Both the position numbers and the translations under genes were made by a program. A stretch of DNA of 64,000 nt from Bilabrum cf. latius (Eukaryota). Shown here one piece after another: positions 1 to 11,100 of the stretch. The DNA lies in the NCBI GenBank assembly GCA_965178125.1, contig OZ237735.1:1488001-1552000 (forward strand). Reading direction: 5' to 3'. The notes under the pieces are model-generated. The model made no database searches and was not told where the DNA came from. It was given only the letters and a program-made list of their open reading frames with translations. The stretch's first letter is position 1. The number at the start of each line of letters is the position of its first letter.

Positions 1-374
1 CCTCGGGGTGTGCAAGTTCAACGTCATTTGGAACGTCGCCCTATTTCTCCAACTATGCGATGTATGCTTCCTATTCAGCCTTATTCTTGGGATCAGCTAG
101 CGACTAGACGTACTCCTCCATGTACTACCGGAATTCGGGGCTTGCCATGCTTTTTCTGAAGCCTTCCTCTTCCTGCACATAAACATAAACGGGAGTCATT
201 GGCGCAATCGATTTAAATGTTCCTGCTACAGTGGAATAATAGATGCCAGATGCAACTGACCTTTTTGCTTAGTTGCACTTTTCCTCGTTGCATGGCTGCA
301 TCCAACATTCGCACACCGTCTGCTTCTGTAAGAGATGGATTAAATGATTTCTTGGCATCGCCACTAGCTGCCAT
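1..374 (-). CDS. DNAAF2: Dynein axonemal assembly factor 2 / kintoun (PF13)-like, 5' part; exons 374-261 and 172-<1; 5 internal TAG; absent from ORF track
   Basis: Spliced translation MAASGDAKK...VQLSKK|EEEGFRKSMASPEFR*YMEEYV*SLADPKNKAE*EAYIA*LEK*GDVPNDVELAHPE resembles the kintoun N-terminus (EFR..F.EY..EI.DP.N....E..I.QLE...HP.PG). TAGs at 125, 104, 71, 53 and 41 are all in one frame. Confidence 0.8.
173..260 (-). other. Spliceosomal intron (88 nt, phase 0) in DNAAF2-like gene
   Basis: AAG|GTCAGT...TATGTGCAG|GAA; removal gives continuous LSKKEEEGFRKSM. Confidence 0.75.
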
Positions 375-455
375 GACGGTTAGACGCGCTGCAAATCTAG
401 TCCAAAGATTACCTACGAGACTGCTGCCGGTGCTCCGATCGGATGTATGAATGCC

Positions 456-2741
456 TCATGAGCCACCGGTTGACGCAACGGTAGACACCGCTTCCCGCAA
501 CGACGCTGCGGCAGCGAGGTTGTCTTGCGCTTCCTTTATCGTTATCCGTCTCCCTCGGGCCTCTGCTGCTGCGAGTAGGGTCGCTGTCGGCACGACAAGC
601 TGCTTCTTGGCCGCCGCTGAAACGTGCTCGGCCACCGGCAGAGCAAGTGCTGCCTAGAGAGCGAGCGAGCGCACGCCACTGCCGGCACTACTCGCGCTCC
701 CAGGCGCACTCTCAGCACCCGCCTAGGCATCCCCCGACCCCTCCTCTTCCTCCTCATCGATCCCGTGGATAGCCCTCACGAGGCACCTCGTGGCCTGCTC
801 GGGGGAGCAGCCCGCCAGCGAGGCAGCCAGATCAGCTGCCCTGCCAAAGAGCTTCATGTTGGTCACGCTCAGATTGATCATGCGGTTGCCGAACACGCAG
901 CCCTTGACAACGTGTGCGAGCGTGCTGACGCAGTTGAGCGCCAGCTTGGTCGCAAGGTCCTCCCCGCACGTGGGCAGCCGAGTAGGTGCTCCGGGTGAGC
1001 GAGCAGATGATGATCCATTGCTGACAGCATCCTCGGCAGCAGCACCCGCGCTAGATTTCTCTTTCTGCTTCGAGAATGAGTACAGCGCAATGTCTTGTTC
1101 GTCCGCATCGACCCTTAGCGTCACACGGGTTCGATCCGGGGAGGATCCGGTGCCAGCCGTACTGGCTCCACCAGCGGAAGCAGCCGTGCTGGCCCCACTG
1201 CTATCGCACACGACATCGATGGTGCATCGCTGGCACCCGCGAGCAACGGCTGCATCCACCACTGCTTGCGCAGCCCTGGGCAGCCTGATACCATCACTCG
1301 TCACACCTATCGCGTGTTCCCCGGCCACCAAATTCACATCGATCACCACGTCCTCCGGACCCATGGCAGGCAAATCCTCCCGAAGCACGGCCTCGGGCTC
1401 CACGATCGACCACCACCGCCTGGGCGCAGGTCCTGCCCCTGCCCCTGCCCCTACAGCTGTCTCCGCTCTTGTTGTTCTTGTGCCACTGTCGCCACCGGCT
1501 TGTTCTCCATCCTTGCCACCACTAATCAGCTCGCAGCTAGGGGCTAGCAGGCCCGGTGCCGCCATCCCGCCCGCACTCGTCACACCTGGATCCACCCAGC
1601 AGCACCACACGTCCCTGGCGGCTGCCCCGAAGGTCGGGGGGCACTCGCTGCTGTCCACGACACCCAGCAGCCCGGCTGTTCCCTGGGCCACGTAGAGCAC
1701 CCTAGCACCCGAGCGCAGAGCCCGGCCCGCCGCCCACGCCACCCTGGCTAGCCCCCCAACGTCGCTGTAGGCGGCATCCATCGCCATGCACTGCCGCTGG
1801 ACGAATCCGCGTAGCCAAGAGAGCGCCGCCCCTCCGGTTGCAACCTCGGCGGCGGGCCGGAGGGCGAGCATGGCCGCTGCTTCGAGGAGCATCTTGGTTG
1901 CGGTGCCGCCTTTCATCCTGGTGCTGCCGGTGACGGCCTCGGGCCCGACGACTGGGTTCAGGAGCACTTGCTCGGGGGCGGGCGTGCTCGCACTCGATCT
2001 GGCATCGGAGGGCGTTGCCGAGCCTGCGATGAGCTCGGCAGTGGCAGCATCCATCGCAGCTGCGATATCTTTCATGGTCGTGTCCCACCCTGCCACTGCA
2101 GTCTTCTTCAGAAGGGAGACTGGATTGAATCCGAACAGCGCAGAGGTGAACTAGCAACCGAGACCGGCCAGAGCACCTGCTTCAGCTGCAGAGACTTCAT
2201 CACCGTTAAGGCTCCTAATCGCCTAAAGCTGCGAACCGACATAGGTAGCGCTCAGCCCGCAGGTTATTCCCACAAGGAGAACTCGACTTGGTCTGTGCAG
2301 CTGCACCAATCGAACCAGATCTTCGATGCCGGCTTTGGCAGAATCTTCAACATTCTCGCGCGGCGAAATGATCGCGTCTGGCCCGCCCGCCATCAAGTAG
2401 CCAAACTTATTACCCTCGGAATGCCCTGCTGCGCGCGCGTACCGGTTGAGCTTGGTAGCCAAGGCATATCCGATTCGCCCTGAAGTGCCGCACCCGCTAA
2501 AGATGATCAATCCGGGGGCTGCAGGATCGCAGCAGCACGCTCTCATCTACTAGCTTAGCAAACTCAGTCTTTCCAACTGGTCATGATCAACGCAACCTGG
2601 GTAATGCATGTATCCGCCAAGTACCTGAGCATCGGCTGATCGCAGTGTGCGAAGTGCACCAGCGAGCTGATCCGCCGAAGGGCTATGGGCATCCAATGAA
2701 ACGGTCAAAGGATTTGTCGTCTCTGTTATTCTCAGGCTCAT
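456..2741 (-). CDS. GCKR: Glucokinase regulatory protein-like (tandem SIS domains, MurQ/GCKR family), ~761 aa, 6 internal TAG
   Basis: One frame from ATG 2741 to TGA 456 through TAGs at 2550, 2547, 2223, 2151, 723, 654. Motifs SGCGTSGRIG, VGITCGLSATYVGSQ, GFNPVSL, LNPVVGPEAVTGSTRMKGGTATKMLLE, KLALNCVSTLAHVVKGCVFGNRMINLSVTNMKLFGRA. The C-terminal lid segment (HVSAAAKKQLVVPTA...EAQDNLAAAASLREAV) appears only after reading through 723 and 654. Confidence 0.88.
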
Positions 2742-2913
2742 CTTCCTATCTCAGGTTTTCGCGATCTTGGCCATCGCTGGTTCGTACTGGTTCCGCAACT
2801 TGCGACCTAGACTGCGCGGCGCCACAACGGAGCGAGCACGTTTCACACATTCTCTGCTGGACGCACCGGCATATCGCCTGCTCGCTCAGAACGCAGGAAA
2901 GGCAATATTTTGT

Positions 2914-3972
2914 ATGTCATCTCATTCAGGAGCAGGGCGAGAAGAGCCTGTACCGCATCCTGATGCCATTAGCAAGAGAGAATTGTTCTGCTCGTCCTGC
3001 GGCACTGACCTCCTCGCCACAAGCAATCCACGACCGAAACTGTACAAGACGAAGTGCGGTCATGTTTTATGCAAGAGTTGCACCTTGTAGTGTCGAACGA
3101 AGGAGCATGGGACCCGTTGCAAAGCGTGCAAGCATCCGCTCGACCTGCGCAACTTCGACCTGTTCGAAGTCAAGCTCTACCGTGTACCTGATTTAGATCA
3201 GTCCCTACTCTCGTACGCAACGGGATTTCCCGAGCTCATCATTGGGAAGATCGTCCCCGAGGCGTTCCAGACGGTTGTGCAGCAGCAACGAGATGCGATC
3301 GCTCGCCACGATGACTTGCGACGCCATTTCGAGGCTGAGACTGGACGTCTGCGGGCCTAGCGGGACGAAATAAGGGCAGAAGCCCTAAAACTACACGATG
3401 AAGTTGTACACCTTCGGGAAAAATTGGCCAGCGCGGAGTCTAGACTCGAAAAGATGCATCATGAGGCCCGGTCGATGTCTGTCGGAGCTCGCCCGGCTTT
3501 CCGCGATGTGATCGGAGGCAAATTCCAGCGCGAAGGACACCACCAACCGAGCATGGTACCAGACGTATCGGATCCAACTGCCCTAGTCCTGGTTGACCGC
3601 GCTCCGCAGAGGAGTCCGTCGCACCGTGCCTCGAGCGCGCAGAAGAGGCGAAGCCAGTCCCGTGGCTTGCAGCGGTACGGTGTCCAAGCAGCTTTCGGGC
3701 ACGGGGAGGACCGCTCAAGGGGTCCAAGCGTGGCATCATCGGGTTCCAGGCGCAGACATCTGCGCGAACTGGCCCCTGGTCCGCACTCCGTCGCGATGCA
3801 GGACGCCGTCTCGTCAGTTCGCTCGGCCGCGTACGGGAGCGGTGCCGCGGAAGGCGGAGCAGATCGCCGGGACCACGTGGTGGGCTCCTCCGGGTACCCT
3901 GCCCGTCCATCGACAGCAATGGTTCGGGAGACCATCGGAGCGGATGTGCGGACTGGCACGCAGCTCCTGTGA
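2914..3972 (+). CDS. C3HC4 RING + coiled-coil + disordered tail protein (RNF212/Zip3/HEI10-like architecture), ~352 aa, 2 internal TAG
   Basis: CSSC..LYKTKCGHVLCKSCTL*CRTKEHGTRCKAC: the last zinc-ligand pair lies beyond TAG 3088. A coiled coil spans TAG 3358. Ends TGA 3970-3972. Confidence 0.75.
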
Positions 3973-4064
3973 TGCGAGGCTGCTTGATCTGCAGAGATCG
4001 CAACAATGCTTGTAGCTCAGGATCCAGAAGTAGATAGAAGAATGATACGATAAAAATATGAACA

Positions 4065-7000
4065 TCAAACTTGCAAGAATGTGACGCTCCCCCACTTTGC
4101 AGTGACGGAAGCATCAGCCACGCGCGGCGCACCTCGCCCCTGGGCTCGTCCGGCCGGCTTGCCTCCAGCCGCGGAGCTTGCGCCTGCAGGTGTACCTTGA
4201 GCAGACTTCGCCTCGAACAGTTTCTTTGCATCCGACATGCTGGTCTGCCCCTGCGTCCTGCTTCTCTTCCTCCTGTCCCCATCTCGATCCCCTTCAGCCA
4301 CTTCCTCCCACTTGTTCCCTTGGCACAGCACCGCCAGCACCCGTCGAGACTTGCCCTCCTTTGGCAGCTGCGCCAGCGCGGCGTCCAGCCGCAGAATGGC
4401 CTCCACCGACGTGCCAATCTTCACCTGTCCAATGCCCAGGGAGGGCGAGTCCGAGGGATGCCTCGGCGGGTCATGACCGACCATGCTGGAGCTGGCCCCA
4501 GCTGCTGAAGCCTCCGAGCCAGGGCTGCTAGAACTGGAGGCCCGCGTGCCCTGCGCGACACACTGGATCACACGCTCAACGTCCGACTGCACCATCACGC
4601 CGCCCGCACCCGCAGGCACCTGCAGTATATCGCACCCACCCGTCGCATGCTGCTGGCAGAAACCGATGCTGCCCGCCACCACGCATCGCGGCGGGCTCAT
4701 GGACTCGATCCCCACAGCGAGGGAAGCCTCGTTGGCGGCCACACACGTCCCGAGCAGCTCGTCCTCTGTGAGGTCTTGCGCCGCTCTTCTTCTCTTTGCG
4801 CCAGCTCCCCCGCCTCGCTGAGGGCCCCTTTGCGGCACGGGCTTCGCCACAGGCTTGTGACCCTCAGCGGCCAGCTTCCTTGCTCTGTTGGCGTTGTGCA
4901 GGTACGCCGGCACGTGTCCCCACGCCGTGTGGTACATGCCCCACGCGGGCCCGCCGGCACACCTACGTAGCAGGAGCTCGAGCGCGGCGGAGGCATCCTC
5001 TGCAGAGTCGTGCGGCACGACCGCTGGCTGTGAGCCGTCTGCCGGTGCAGGGGGTGCCACCCTGATGCGTCGACCCAGTTGTCGCTCGCACAGGTACTTG
5101 AGGCTGCTGCGGCTGGGGAGGCCTCGCCTGTGCTCGAACTGCAGGGCAGAATCGCAAATCCTGTCGTGGGTCAGCCGCAGCGAGATGAGATCGTTCTCGA
5201 GGCCGTGCCCCGCCAGCACCCCCGATGGCAGCAGCACCTCTTTGAGGCTGGGCGATCGATCGGCGGTCGGACTGCAGCCCACGTCAAGCGAGCGAGCGAG
5301 CGCCTGTCGCACCACTGCAAGGTCGGCAGTGGCAGCCTCCATATGCTCTGGGGTGATACCGCTAAACCTGAATTCGTAGTTGGTGATCCTTCCCGCCGGT
5401 CGCACGTGGTGGTCGGCTATCGTGCGGCCGTGCGCATCCACCACGGTGAACCGGGCCAGGTCCTTGCTCTTCTCTACCGTGTCCACCATCTCGCAATCCA
5501 GGCCGAAGGGCGTGACGGGCACGGACGCTGCCAGCATCCCAAGAGGCGGCACCGTCAGGCTGCTGCCATCCCCAGTGTCGAGCTGGAGCGAGTCCTCCGT
5601 GCTGCTGCTGGATCCCTAGTAACCCGCTGCTCTCCAGGGCACGATCGGTGCCTCTGGGAGCGCAGGGACAGAATATGCCATCGCAAGGCCAGCAGCAGCA
5701 CCATCGCTGGATGCATCAGCTTGCACAACTGCAGATGTCGTCACAGACGAGAACGCGATCGCAGCGCCGGCCTCCTCAGGCGACGGCAGCACGGGCTCCA
5801 CAAACACGGGGCGACTATCTTCGTGCTCGGCATCGTGCTTGTCCGGCATCGTGACTGTCACCCTAACTGAGTCCAGGTAGTCTGCAACTGGTATGCTCGA
5901 CCTGGCCTCGCTGGCACCTTTGCGCCCCGACAGACGGCAAGACATCACCGCGAGGCACAGCGAGATGGCAACTGCCATGGCGTCCTCCTCCACGTGCCCG
6001 CCCACTGGGTTCCTCGCTCGGAAGACGGCTTCCTCATGCGTGCTGGCGGGGGGCCTGGGCCTCTGCTCCACGGCTGCAGCGGCCGCCTCACGGGCTGCTC
6101 GGATGGACGTCAACAGAGCAGAGGCAGATTCTTTCGGCAGCAGGGGAATACCTCGGGACTGCAACTCCTTCAAAGTGTCTGACCTGCTTTTTGCCCCTTC
6201 TGCACCCCCTGCGCTTGGATCTTCAACTGTGCGCAGCTGGTGCATCTTGATGGCTTGCATTGCCACCTCTCTCAGCACGCATCGAGCGGCAAACGCCCTG
6301 GTGCAAGTTGGCGCGTGCTCCGGAAGCAGTACGCTCGCTGTGATGGTAGTGCCGTTGGTCGCGCCTGCAGGCTGCTTGACATTGCTAGCAGTAGCGGCGC
6401 TGGAGCTGCCGGTAGTTGCGGCTGCGCTGCTTGAGCCTGCAGCCGTGCTTGGCCCCGTCGCTAGATGCACGACCACGGGAAAATGAACGAAGCCCTGGGG
6501 CGCCTCGGGCTCGCCGCTGCCATCGCTGCCTGCCGGTGCATCTGACCCAGAGGCTGCAGGTCCTAGTGGTTCCACAGATGATGCTCCAACCGCTGAGCTC
6601 TGCCCCACTTGGATGGATCGCTCGGCCACCATCGCGAACGGGAAGGCAGCGCATCGCAGCACCGTGGGTGTGTCGCAGTAGGCGCGAAAGGGGAGGGGGC
6701 CATGGGAGGCCGCGGCTGCCACTGGAAACAGGGGTCCTCCTGTCGTTGCAGGCTGAGGATCCGGCGATAGCATTGCCCCAGATGCTTGCTCCGTCGTGGC
6801 GACACCAGACGGAAGGTCATGCGACTCCCCTGCTGCTGCGGCTGCTGCCGTCGACTACGAGGCGGCGGAGGATGAGGACGACGATGACGCAGACGATGAT
6901 GAAAATGCAGATGACTGTGAGCCTTTAAGCCCAGCGTCAGCATGCACGTCGCCAGCAGCTCGGCGCACCGCGTCATGCACCAAAAATTGCGAGCCCCTAG

Positions 7001-7812
7001 CAAGTGCTCCACGCCCCACCGAGCGAGGCAGCGGCACCCAACAGAGCCGCTGGGCGATGGTGTGCCTGTCGCCCCTGTTGTTGTAGCACTTGAGCAGGAG
7101 GGTATCGGTGGCGTAGCGGTGTCGATCAAATCGATCCGCTGCTTTGCTGAGTTGGTCTGCGATAGGACCGAGCAGGGGTCCGAGCTTGGCTCCGCTCGTC
7201 GTGGCAGCGAGTGCCGCGGCTGACAGATCCGCAAAGCCAGGGCCGTTCACAAACAAGAAGCCAATGCCGTCCATGATGGACCGATTTTGTGGAACAACCC
7301 GCGTAGGGGGCGGGTTGTCACCGGACAGGGCTGCTTGAACGGCGAGACTCCAGCACAGCCAGTGGTGCACGTCCTGCGCGGATGGACAGGTGTGCCAGCT
7401 GAAATATCCACATGCATACAGTGGTTGAAAAGGATGCACCTTCCCTGGTATGAATACTCACATCAATACCCAAGAACTCTTTCGTTTGTCCTTTTTCACC
7501 AGCAGACGAGTGGTCCACTTCGGTTTTGTTGGGATGCAGAGTTGGGCATACTCTCGCATTCTAGCCGTCCCCAAACAGGACCCTTTTCTCCATCTCGCTC
7601 AACATTCGGAAAGGAACACTTCCGATTTTCGCATCGCCCATGCCTACTCCGTGGGCACTCCCTGCTTGGCAGCGCTTGCGAAGCTTCTTCGTTTTACCCT
7701 TGTCGGCCACAGCAGATTGTGGTTGTGCGCTCGAGACACTCCCAGATCCGCCAGCGCTGCCCCGCGAGCTTGATCCATACCCTTGCGCTATTGCAAGAGA
7801 GCCTTTCTCCAT
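4065..7812 (-). CDS. DEDDh 3'-5' exoribonuclease (REXO1/REXO5/SDN-like); exons 7812-7462 and 7373-4065; 3 internal TAG
   Basis: Motifs FGLDCEMV, LARFTVVD, ITNYEFRFSGIT, LAGHGLENDL, DSALQF, PHDSAEDA. ORF pieces share a frame across TAGs 6855 and 5616; first exon crosses TAG 7561. Ends TGA 4065. Confidence 0.85.
7374..7461 (-). other. Spliceosomal intron (88 nt, phase 0) in exoribonuclease gene
   Basis: GAT|GTGAGT...CCGCGCAG|GAC joins EFLGID to DVHHWLCWSL. The alternative acceptor at 7399 leads to a premature TGA. Confidence 0.65.
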
Positions 7813-8139
7813 GTTTGGTCAAGTGCTCGTAGAGAATGGACTGTTCTTTTTGCTGCGGCAACACTCCGAATCCACCGCTACACACCACCGGCCTTTAATA
7901 AGCTTCGCGCGGCGCAATTTTTCCGTTTAATGCTCGAATGGAATAAATTCCTATTTGTTTGGGCAGACTGTGAGGCAGCGCCGCCTGCAGTTATGCGGTC
8001 TGGTTGGAGGAGACGGTAACGCAACTGGGATCACGTGCAAATCAATTATAAACGTGCAATCACAATTACAGCAGCCTTTCACGAAAGATCCCGAGATACG
8101 CCCCGCTGAACAGACAGCACCCATGCCCAACTCACCCGC

Positions 8140-11100
8140 TCAAGTGAAATGGGCGTACATGTGAGCGCTGTCGTCCAGCTGCACGCTCTTCATGCGGATA
8201 TTCTCGTGGATCTCGTTGACGAAGTACTTGGCCGCCTCGTCTGGAGACAGCTCCGGCTGCATGTGCTCCCTGAGCCACTCGATGTCGTCCTTGGTCTGCA
8301 GCTCGGGGATCCCGCAGCTGGTCATGAGCGAAAACAGGGTCACGAGCAGGTCGCGCGCCCCTTGCCGGCGAAGGGCGTTGTACGCCTGCACGCAGTACTT
8401 CTCGAAGCGACGGAACATCGGGCCGGCCTTCGTGCCCAGCACGTGCGCCATGGCCGGGGTGATCTTGAAGCTCGACTTCTCCCTCTTGTACCCCATCTTG
8501 ACCTTGAAGTTGCCCAGAAAGTGCCCAAAGTCGATGTGGAAGAAGGTCCCGTCCCTCTTCATCATGATGTTGTCCGTGTGCCGATCCCCGATCCCCATCG
8601 CGAACGTCGCCACGCAGTAGCCGGCCAGAGACCGAGCAAACCTGTCCTGCGCGGAGATGTACGCCTGCTGGATCATCTGCTGCTCCGTCGCGCTCCTCCC
8701 CCGAAGCGTAGACTCGAAGGCAGCTTCCTGGGCGGCCAGTGCCTGCTGCTCGCGCTGCAGGTCAGCGGGAGTCATCATCTCCGCCCGCGCGCCGCCGCCG
8801 GCGCCCCCTCGAGCAGCGCCCCCATCCCTCGGGCTGTGCACAGCCACACCGTCATCGTCCTCGAGCACGACTGCCGCCAAGCGCAGCGCCTGGCCCGACT
8901 CGCTCGCATCCGATGGCATGGCGTACCTCGAGTCCGTCCTCGAGAGCATCGACCGGCCGTCCTCCAGCACCCCCTGCTCGGCCGCCTTCATGTCCCTTAG
9001 CTTCTTCCTCGTGGTGGTGGCCACCTCGCGCTTGAGCCAACGGGAGAGCATGTGCGGGGCCCACACTGCGCGGAGGGCCTCCATGGTCCTGCCGAGCCCC
9101 TTGGGCATCTGCTTGACCTCCTCGCCGACGATGGAGGCTATCGTCTCGGAGTTGGTGACGATCTCAAGCATGCCAAGCATGTCTCCAGTGCTCACGCACT
9201 CGTACGCGCTCATGCAAAGGTCGAGCTTGGCTGCCTTCCAGATCGTGTCCATCACGCGGAACACCTGCAGGGTCAGCTGGTCCTGCCGCAGGTCGTCGCC
9301 GTTCTTGTACATGACGATGAACGGCTTGCGGTTGCGGGGCTCCATCACCTCGCCCGGCACCGGGTCGGCCGGCTCGAAGGTGAGCATGAGCGGCAGCTTC
9401 TTGCTGCTCATCACGCGGCACTTGTCCACGATCACGCCCTTGGCCACGAAGCTCGGCCGGATAGGCAGCCGGAACCGGTCGGGGAACACGATCTTGGACA
9501 GCTCCCTGCGAGCCACGACCACGCGGTCCGCCTTCTTCTTGCACTCCTTGACGGCCACCGACACGTCGAACAGCCTGCTCATCACGTACATCTGGTGGCC
9601 CAGAGCCACTCGGTGCTTGCGGCCGCAGTGCCGCAGGAATAGCTCGAGCAGCAGCATGTTCCTCTCCCGGATGTCCTTGTCGTGAATCTCCGCCGTCAGG
9701 TACCAGAAGAAGGCGTGCCCCACGATCCCTGGGTTCACGAGGGCACGGCGCAGCAGGAACCGAGCCAGGGCCGAGTCATGGAAGGCCTCGAATTTAAGCA
9801 CCTGCACCAGCTGCAGCATGTACATGACCAGGTCCTCGTCCGACAGTGGCTCCAGGCAGCTCACGGCGTAGGCTCTCACCTTGGGGTCCGGGAACTGGCT
9901 ATCCAGCAGCTGCAGGGCCTCCAGTGCGCCGGGCACAGCCCAGATGTGCAGCAGCCTGTAGACCTGCTGCACCTGGTCGCGCTGGGTCCAGTCGACCGAC
10001 TTGAGCACCTTTGCCAGGGCGGTCCGATGGTGCGAGAGCAGCATGCGGGCGTCCCACACCATGGCTCGCTCGGCGGGGCTCAGGTTATGGAGAGGATCTC
10101 TCCTCATGACCTTGAGCAGCTCTGGGCCCACTGGGTCGCTGGGGTCTGGCCGAGGGGGCAGCGTGGCGTCCTCCTGCCCGTGGTCCGTGAAGATGATCGG
10201 CTTGGAGGGCTGGGGCAGCCTCAGCTCCAGGATGGGCGCCTCCGGGTGGAGCTTCCTCTCGAAGGCTTCCCTGTCGATGTCCGAGCCAGTCTTCATCTTC
10301 TTCTGGATCTTGTGGCGAACCTTCTTGATGTCCGCGGCGAACCCGCTGTGGTTCCTGTTCTCCAAGGTGGTGGCCATCGATGTGGGGCAGGGCCCCGGCC
10401 ACAGCCGCAGGGACTGCTTGCCGGCCCTCATGAGCTTGTTGTACTGGAACAGGGTCATGCCGGCCCACGCCTTGGCCTCCCCGTTCACGAGCACCGTGAA
10501 GATGATGCGCACGCCCCTCGGCAGCCCCGACAGCGCCACCCCGGTGACCAGCTCCTGGTCCACCTTGGCCACGTGCCGGTCCGCAGCCTCCGGAAATTGT
10601 TCCCCAACGTTGTTGGCCTGAGACCCCTCTCCCACCGGCACGTGCAGGGTGTCATCGGTGCCTGAGATGAGAGCCTCCGCGTCGTCCTCGTCACCGAAGG
10701 AGCTAGAGCTGCGCTTGCCCTTGCCAGTGGCTGCTCCACCCCCAGCACCCGAGGCCGCGCCACCCGTGCCCGTGCCCTTGCCAGACCCCGCCATGGCCTG
10801 CGAGAACCCGTCACCGGGCCGCGTGCCTTGATTCCACTCCTTGTCCAGCAGCAGCGGCACGGGCTTCGTCTCTCGCTGCAGGTCGCCCCCCAGCTGATCC
10901 ACTCCGTGATAGAGCTGCACCCTCACGCTGAGCGACTGCTCGCCCGCAAGCAGCCCGTAGAGCGCGCTGCGAGACACCACCGGCAGCCCCTTGACGGACT
11001 CTACGCGCATGGTGAAGGGATGGCTGCCGGCGTGCCAGGTTGGCGTGAACCGGAGTGTGTCGTCTAGCGCAAGCTCCGTGGCCATCTCTGCCATGGTGGC

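Noticed and set aside
7399-7461. Shorter 63-nt intron option in the exonuclease gene
   Set aside because: It keeps a frame that ends at TGA 7318. The 88-nt option joins to the frame containing the nuclease domain.
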